A stretch of 64,000 bases of DNA, taken from an uncultured delta proteobacterium (GTDB lineage: Bacteria; Desulfobacterota; Desulfobacteria; Desulfobacterales; SG8-13). This document shows positions 56,001 through 61,370 of the stretch, in pieces. Under the pieces are notes generated by a model. It saw only the letters and a program-made list of their open reading frames with translations. It made no database searches and was not told where the DNA came from. Position numbers and translations under genes: made by a program. The number at the start of each line of letters is the position of its first letter. Positions within the stretch are counted from its first letter, which is position 1. The stretch lies in the NCBI GenBank assembly GCA_963848135.1, contig CAWKCK010000002.1, positions 509,684 through 573,683 of the forward strand, read 5' to 3'.

Positions 56001-56033
56001 TACCTTTTTCCGCATTCCCTCACCGACGAACAC
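41043..56033 (-). CDS. giant surface protein 2 (4996 aa): LEPR-XLL-type leader, DUF4347, four cadherin/CSLREA-like/beta-helix/Ig supermodules, LamG-like domain, 10 He_PIG/cadherin-like repeats, Ig-like repeats, Pro/Glu linker, C-terminal membrane anchor
   Basis: Single ORF. The track start is GTG 56033; ATG 56015 ([11 protein letters not shown]..., preceded by GGTGAGGGA) is an equally good start. N-terminus ...[17 protein letters not shown]. DUF4347 block ([15 protein letters not shown]...HFITHG..GQINLG...GGDWDLEF). C-terminus ...[38 protein letters not shown] plus an acidic tail. Confidence 0.9.
   Translation of the reverse strand: [4996 protein letters not shown]
42590..45440 (-). repeat. 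10 tandem 285-bp (95-aa) He_PIG / dystroglycan-type cadherin-like repeats, diverged
   Basis: Period 285 bp (shadow ORFs at 42856, 43141, 43426, 43711, 44281, 45136). Unit [95 protein letters not shown]. Copies differ at many synonymous and some amino-acid positions. Confidence 0.85.
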
Positions 56034-56503
56034 TTTCTATAAAAGGATGAATTTAGGGGTCATCCAATAGTATCGGCTATATATGGGTTACCATGAGGAA
56101 AAACGATCAAGAGAACGGATAATCTCCGTATGCTCGCGCGTATGTCAGAATACTAAACATTTAGGCCGCAAATCCTGGGTCCGCTGCGTTTATTTAATGT
56201 TATACATTATATTTAATAACTTAACAAATCTTTATAATTGATCTTTTTAATATTAATTTTTTGGTTTATTTCCAACATAACTGTCACGAACCTTATTGAA
56301 AAACAGGAATGTGGGATATGAGATACTGTAGATGATTAAAAACAGCTGAAGTTTTCCTGATACCTGTCGATAGAATGGAATAGGGGGATGTTTTTAAAAT
56401 CTAAGACAAACGAATGCGTGGTGCACTGTAATATCCACCGCCACATCGATGATGAGACACCGTATGGCAGAGTGCAGCCAAACAAAGGTGTCTGAAAATC
56501 AAG

Positions 56504-58147
56504 ATGAAGGAATCCATGGAAGAAAATTTACGACCCCACGTTCTGGTCGTCGATGACGATGCGATCATAAGGGATATGGCACGCGAGTCTCTGACAGAGG
56601 CCGGGTTTAGGGTATCGGATGCCGAAGATGGCGTTCAAACCTTACAGGCGTTGGAACAACTTCGGCCCGACATTATACTGTTGGATGTGGTGATGCCGGA
56701 GATGGATGGTTTCGCCACCACCTTGGCTATCCGGCAGTTAGCCGGTTTTGAGATAATGCCCATTTTGATAATGACGGCCCTTGACGATCATGACTCGATC
56801 AATCGTGCCTATGAAGTGGGCGCCACCGATTTTATTACCAAACCGATCAACTGGGTGATTTTGGTTCAGCGGGTCCGTTACATGATGCGTGCCGTTAAGA
56901 TGGTGAACAAGCAAAAGCGACTTGAAGAGGAGTTGCAACAAGCCCAAAAACTGGAAGCGGTTGCCACGCTTGCCGGGGGTGTTGCGCATGACTTCAACAA
57001 TTTGCTTCAGACCATTCAAGGTTTTTCGGAAATGCTTCTGTATAACAAGCATGAAGACGACCCCAGCTTTCGGGCCCTAACCCGCGTCATGGCTGCAGTT
57101 GAAAGCGGTGGAAAGCTCACCCGTCAATTGCTTACGTACAGCCGTAAAGTCAAGAGTGAAAAGCGGTCTATCAATCTCAACGACCAGGTGAGCCAGACCC
57201 ATAACCTCCTGCAAAGGACCATTCCCAAGATGATCGAAATCGATCTCATCCTCGAAGAAGATCTCAAACGGGTGGATGCGGATCCGGTTCAAATGGAACA
57301 GGTGCTCATAAACCTGGTGATCAACGCCAGGGATGCCATGCCGGAAGGCGGCCGGCTTGTCATTAAGACCAAAAATATCAGGCAGCCCGAAAAACGCCAT
57401 CGCAACCGATCCAAATCCAGCCCAAGGAATGGTGTCGTCCTCAGCGTATCGGATACCGGCCACGGTATGGACGAAGAGACCCGCAAGCAGATTTTCAATC
57501 CGTTCTTCAGTACGAAGGCGCCGGGGAAAGGAACAGGACTCGGCTTGTCCATGGTTCATGGAATTATCGAAAACCATGAGGGCCGGATCACAGTCCGAAG
57601 CACGCCGGGCGAAGGGACCTCTTTCCGAATTTATTTACCGGCGGTAGAACCCAGCCTGGAGAAAATGCTGGTCGAAGAAAAGAGCGGATACCAGAAGGGC
57701 CAGGAAACCATCCTTTTGGTGGATGATAATGACACTATTCGGCAAACCGGCAAGGAGATGCTTACAAGAGCGGGCTACACGGCGCTAACGGCTGCCACCG
57801 GAGAAATCGCCCTCGACATTTACAGTAAGGAAACGGAAAAAATCGATCTGATTTTGCTCGATCTCATCATGCCGGGGATGGGTGGCGCAAGGTGCCTTCA
57901 AGAGCTTATCAAAAAAGATCCCACAATCAATGTCGTCATTACCTCCGGCTATACTCCTGTTGATCAAACCATGAAAACCATTGAAGCGTGTACGCGTGAA
58001 TTTCTGCGCAAGCCCTTCACTTACGAACAGTTGCTTGGCACGGTTCGTAAAGTATTGGACGGCGAACCGCCCGCCTTTGTGCCGGCATCACATTTTTCAC
58101 TGCCGGCAAGCGGCCTCGATGGTAAGTTGCTGCCTGTCTCCGCCTAA
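56504..58147 (+). CDS. REC - HisKA/HATPase - REC hybrid histidine kinase
   Basis: 547 aa. REC1 VLVVDDDAIIRD...ILLDVVMPEMDG, H-box AHDFNNLLQTIQGF, HATPase DTGHGM / GTGLGLSMV, REC2 ILLVDDNDTIRQ...ILLDLIMPGMGG. Confidence 0.9.
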   Translation: MKESMEENLRPHVLVVDDDAIIRDMARESLTEAGFRVSDAEDGVQTLQALEQLRPDIILLDVVMPEMDGFATTLAIRQLAGFEIMPILIMTALDDHDSINRAYEVGATDFITKPINWVILVQRVRYMMRAVKMVNKQKRLEEELQQAQKLEAVATLAGGVAHDFNNLLQTIQGFSEMLLYNKHEDDPSFRALTRVMAAVESGGKLTRQLLTYSRKVKSEKRSINLNDQVSQTHNLLQRTIPKMIEIDLILEEDLKRVDADPVQMEQVLINLVINARDAMPEGGRLVIKTKNIRQPEKRHRNRSKSSPRNGVVLSVSDTGHGMDEETRKQIFNPFFSTKAPGKGTGLGLSMVHGIIENHEGRITVRSTPGEGTSFRIYLPAVEPSLEKMLVEEKSGYQKGQETILLVDDNDTIRQTGKEMLTRAGYTALTAATGEIALDIYSKETEKIDLILLDLIMPGMGGARCLQELIKKDPTINVVITSGYTPVDQTMKTIEACTREFLRKPFTYEQLLGTVRKVLDGEPPAFVPASHFSLPASGLDGKLLPVSA

Positions 58148-58150
58148 ATA

Positions 58151-58292
58151 GTGTTCATCCATAAATGGCCTTTTTTCCGTTGGGCAACGTTCTCCGCAGG
58201 TTTTCAGCTGCGGCGTACGTACAGTACGCCTCGCCGCAAACCTTTGTGCGGCCTTGCCCAGCGAAAAAAATTCTAATTTATGAATTGGACAC
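58151..58292. repeat. ~140-nt imperfect palindromic element between convergent genes
   Basis: Outer arms GTGTTCATCCATAAAT... / ...ATTTATGAATTGGACAC. Inner arms TTTTTTCCGTTGGGCAA / TTGCCCAGCGAAAAAAA. Central GGCGTACGTACAGTACGCC hairpin. It starts 4 nt after the kinase stop codon. Confidence 0.5.
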
Positions 58293-58549
58293 TCTGTATT
58301 GCCTTTAATGACTCGTGGATGGGCACTAAAGAGATGTTGGAGGATCTTTATCGTCCAAATAAAGCCACTTTCAGTCAACCCGCCCCTACCCTGCCTTCAA
58401 AAGAGAAAATGACCATCTTGCCGTAAGCGACGGAGTTTTATTCTTTTATGTATAGACCCTTTATATTCTACACCGCTCATGGATTTCCGACCATGGAACC
58501 TGGAAGGACCTGAGCCCAAGGCTTGCCGATTACATGCGTATTCTGTGGA

Positions 58550-59173
58550 TCACTTCGCCTGGCCGGCAGTGTGAATGGCTGCAACAATCTCTTGACTGAT
58601 CTTGGCCAGCGCCCGGCTCTGGGCCGCGACCACGGCGGCATAACCCGACCCACTCACCGGCTCGCGAATGCTGGAGCGGCTGACTGCGAGCAGCTCCTTA
58701 TCCTGGCCCTCAAGGATGCTCCAGCGCGCGACCAGCAATGCGTCCTCTCCGACTTGACCATCGCAACGAACCACATCCAGTGTGATCTGATAGTCCACCG
58801 GAACGGATTGACGCCAGGGGTAGATGTATATCCGTTCGGTCGGGACCAGAAACCCGATATTCTCGGCCAGCACATTGGTGAGGTTGTCCTTGAAGGAGCC
58901 GGCCCAAAGGTCGAATTCGGCTTTCACCAGCTTGTTGTCACCGGTGCGGGTGACCAACTTGGTCTGGTCGAGGTAATCGGCCAGCTTGATCGGGCCGATC
59001 CCGATAATCGCATCGCGTGCCAGGGTGTCACTTTTCACTATCGCCTGGCCCTCCGGTATTGGACTCAGCGTATAAAAACGTGGCGTTTGACTCTTGCCCA
59101 GGCAGCCGCCCAAAAATAATAAACCAACTCCCAGGGTCAGTGGTATCCAACGGAAAAAGGGCACACCTCGCAT
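58550..59173 (-). CDS. PqiC/YmbA-like (DUF330) ABC-transport auxiliary lipoprotein
   Basis: 207 aa. Lipobox LFLGGC, then PRFYTLSP motif typical of the family. Last gene of the Mla/Pqi-like operon. Confidence 0.8.
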   Translation of the reverse strand: MRGVPFFRWIPLTLGVGLLFLGGCLGKSQTPRFYTLSPIPEGQAIVKSDTLARDAIIGIGPIKLADYLDQTKLVTRTGDNKLVKAEFDLWAGSFKDNLTNVLAENIGFLVPTERIYIYPWRQSVPVDYQITLDVVRCDGQVGEDALLVARWSILEGQDKELLAVSRSSIREPVSGSGYAAVVAAQSRALAKISQEIVAAIHTAGQAK

Positions 59174-59174
59174 A

Positions 59175-60206
59175 CTATTTACCTCCGGAATTGCCTTTAC
59201 CTTGAATCAAGGTCTCAGGTTTCTGTTCCAATGAGTTGGCCAGCTGCCGAATCGAACGGGCAGCGGCGGATAGTTCCTGGAGCGTGTTTTCCAGCTCGAC
59301 GATCAGCGGCGCATCATCGGATATAACGCCCCTGGCCGACGACAGGGTTCTGTCCAAACTGTCCGTCAGCGTTCCCAAACGGGCGTCTGCATCCCGAGCC
59401 AGTTTGCCGTAATCTTCAACGGTCCGGTTTAGGTTGTCTGCCAGGGGACCGAACTGGTCGTCCACGTTATTGACCAGTTTGCGGGCATCGCGTAGCGTTG
59501 CGTCAAGATCGTCGGCCACGGGGCCGACCCTGCCATCCAGGTTTCGTACCAGGTGGCGTGCATCGGCCAGAAGACCTTTCAGTTCACCGATGCTGGCTTT
59601 TAGATCCGGGTTGTTGACGAGCCCATCGATCCCGGCCAGGGTGTTTTTGATATTTTCTTCCATCGCATCCAAATCGAGGTTTTGGAGCGTTTGTGCCAGC
59701 CGTTCGGTCGTAGACGGGATGGTGGGCACCTCTATATAGTCTTCATATTCTTCACGTGTGTTTCTGAGGTTAATCGGGCTGTTGGGATAAAAATCAAGCT
59801 CGATCATCAGTTGTCCGGTGATGAAACTCTGCATCTGCAGCACGGCCCGCAGGCCCAAATCAATGAGATGCTTCGCACCCTTTCTGCGATCGTCATCTGT
59901 CCTCTTAATGTTCTCATCAAACTTGAATTTATCCGGCTCGACTTCGATGATCACGGGGATTTCGGTCTTCATCTGATCGGGATCGGAGCGGATAGTGATG
60001 CTGACCACCGAGCCGATCTGAACGCCCTGAAACAGCACCGGCGCACCCACACTCAACCCTTTGACGGATCCATCGAAATAGAGCACGTATTTGTTAGTCT
60101 TTTTAAAGAACTTGCCCGAACCAAAAACCACCAGACTGGCGGCCATAATGATCACTGCGATCACAACAAATCCGCCGATCATCATTCTGTTCGCTTGTTT
60201 TGCCAT
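59175..60206 (-). CDS. MlaD/MCE-domain protein with long helical C-terminal extension
   Basis: 343 aa. N-terminal TM, MCE core (FDGSVKGLSVGAPVLFQGVQIGSV), repeated LxNxDxxL helical segments. Confidence 0.85.
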   Translation of the reverse strand: MAKQANRMMIGGFVVIAVIIMAASLVVFGSGKFFKKTNKYVLYFDGSVKGLSVGAPVLFQGVQIGSVVSITIRSDPDQMKTEIPVIIEVEPDKFKFDENIKRTDDDRRKGAKHLIDLGLRAVLQMQSFITGQLMIELDFYPNSPINLRNTREEYEDYIEVPTIPSTTERLAQTLQNLDLDAMEENIKNTLAGIDGLVNNPDLKASIGELKGLLADARHLVRNLDGRVGPVADDLDATLRDARKLVNNVDDQFGPLADNLNRTVEDYGKLARDADARLGTLTDSLDRTLSSARGVISDDAPLIVELENTLQELSAAARSIRQLANSLEQKPETLIQGKGNSGGK

Positions 60207-60227
60207 CTGAGCCCTTCTCTTTTATAT

Positions 60228-60986
60228 TTAAGATTTTTCACCCCGGGTCAAAAAAAGGCGCAACGTGGGATCCTGTGTTTCGGCCAGCAGCCTACTGGGG
60301 TTGCCCGTGGCCGTCATGGTCCGAATGGACGCATCTAAAAATACCGAGTTGCTGCCTATGGCAAATATGCTTGCCAGCTCGTGGGTCACCACCACCATGG
60401 TCGTTCCCAGGCTCTCGCGCAGTTCCAGGATGAGATCATCCAACCGACGCGCGCTCACCGGGTCCAGCCCCGCTGACGGCTCGTCGAAAAACAGAACTTC
60501 CGGGTCCAAGGCCATGGCCCGCGCAATGCCGGCCCGCTTCTGCATCCCGCCGCTGATCTCAGAGGGGTAGAATTCCTCGAAGCCCGCCATCCCCACCAGC
60601 GCCAGCTTCAACTCGACCACTTCCCGGATCCGGGCCGGGCTCAAATCCGTGTAGGTCTCCAGCGGCAGGGCAATATTCTCGGCCAGGGTCATCGAACTCC
60701 ACAAGGCCCCGCTCTGGTACATCACCCCGGCCCGCCGGATGACCCGGTTGCGGGTCGGCAGATCGGCGCCCCAGAAATCGAGGTCACCGTAAAAAACCTG
60801 GCCCTTGGCCGGAGACTTCAGGCCGATCAGGATGGTCATCATGGTGCTCTTGCCGCAACCGCTGCCCCCCATGATGATGAAGATGTCCCCCCGGTTGATC
60901 GTAAATGTCAGGTCGTGCATGACCACAAAATCGCCATAGGCCATGGTCAGATCCCGGATCGTTATGTGAGCTTCTTTTTCAGCCAT
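60228..60986 (-). CDS. mlaF: ABC transporter ATP-binding protein, MlaF-like
   Basis: 252 aa. Walker A GGSGCGKST, signature SGGMQKRAGIARA, Walker B LFFDEPSAGLD. Confidence 0.9.
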   Translation of the reverse strand: MAEKEAHITIRDLTMAYGDFVVMHDLTFTINRGDIFIIMGGSGCGKSTMMTILIGLKSPAKGQVFYGDLDFWGADLPTRNRVIRRAGVMYQSGALWSSMTLAENIALPLETYTDLSPARIREVVELKLALVGMAGFEEFYPSEISGGMQKRAGIARAMALDPEVLFFDEPSAGLDPVSARRLDDLILELRESLGTTMVVVTHELASIFAIGSNSVFLDASIRTMTATGNPSRLLAETQDPTLRLFLTRGEKS

Positions 60987-61370
60987 GTTATTTTCAGCTC
61001 ACCGCAAAGGTGCAATGAGCGCAGGGTTTATTTTTCTTTATGTTTTCCGCTGAGACGTCCCGCTTCAACGGGATGACCGGTCAGTCTTAAGAAATTAAGG
61101 TCGGCCTCAGGAAAACATAACACGCCATCGCCTGTGGCGAACAGAGATGGATAGAGAGTGTAAATTATTGCTGTAATTACGAATAGCTAAACTTGAATAT
61201 TCCCTGTAGCTCGCTGCAGGGAGAGTCATTTTAAAAGTACTTAATGCTCCAGAGTTCTGCCCGAAGGGCAAGTTGTTTTTTGCGTTTCGGCGTCTCAGCG
61301 AAAAGCAAAAAAACGAATTTCTCTGCGTCCTTCGCGTCTCGAGCGAGTGAATGCGAGCTGGCGGTGAAAT
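60987..61370. mobile_element. MITE-like insertion filling the mlaE-mlaF intergenic space
   Basis: 384 bp between the mlaE stop (61371) and the mlaF start (60986). About 70-nt imperfect terminal inverted repeats, including TTTTCCGCTGAGACG (61044..) versus CGTCTCAGCGAAAAG (61290..) and CACCGCAAAGG versus CCTTCGCG...GGCGGTG. Internal hairpins CCCTGTAGCTCGCTGCAGGG and TGCCCGAAGGGCA. No credible ORF. Confidence 0.5.

Noticed and set aside
27593-56033. Classical type I secretion (RTX/LapA-like) or LapG/LapD control as an explanation for the giants
   Set aside because: There are no GGxGxD nonapeptide repeats or C-terminal T1SS-type region. There is no HlyB-type ABC transporter and no LapG-like (BTLCP) protease gene in the window. 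The giants end in a hydrophobic anchor instead. Only the sensor periplasmic module faintly recalls LapD, and I keep that as a hypothesis, not a call.
58097-58378. 93-aa minus-strand ORF
   Set aside because: It lies across the palindromic element and the 3' end of the kinase gene, with no motif support.
58523-59119. 198-aa + strand ORF
   Set aside because: It is antisense to the PqiC-like lipoprotein gene, which has a lipobox, the family motif and operon context.
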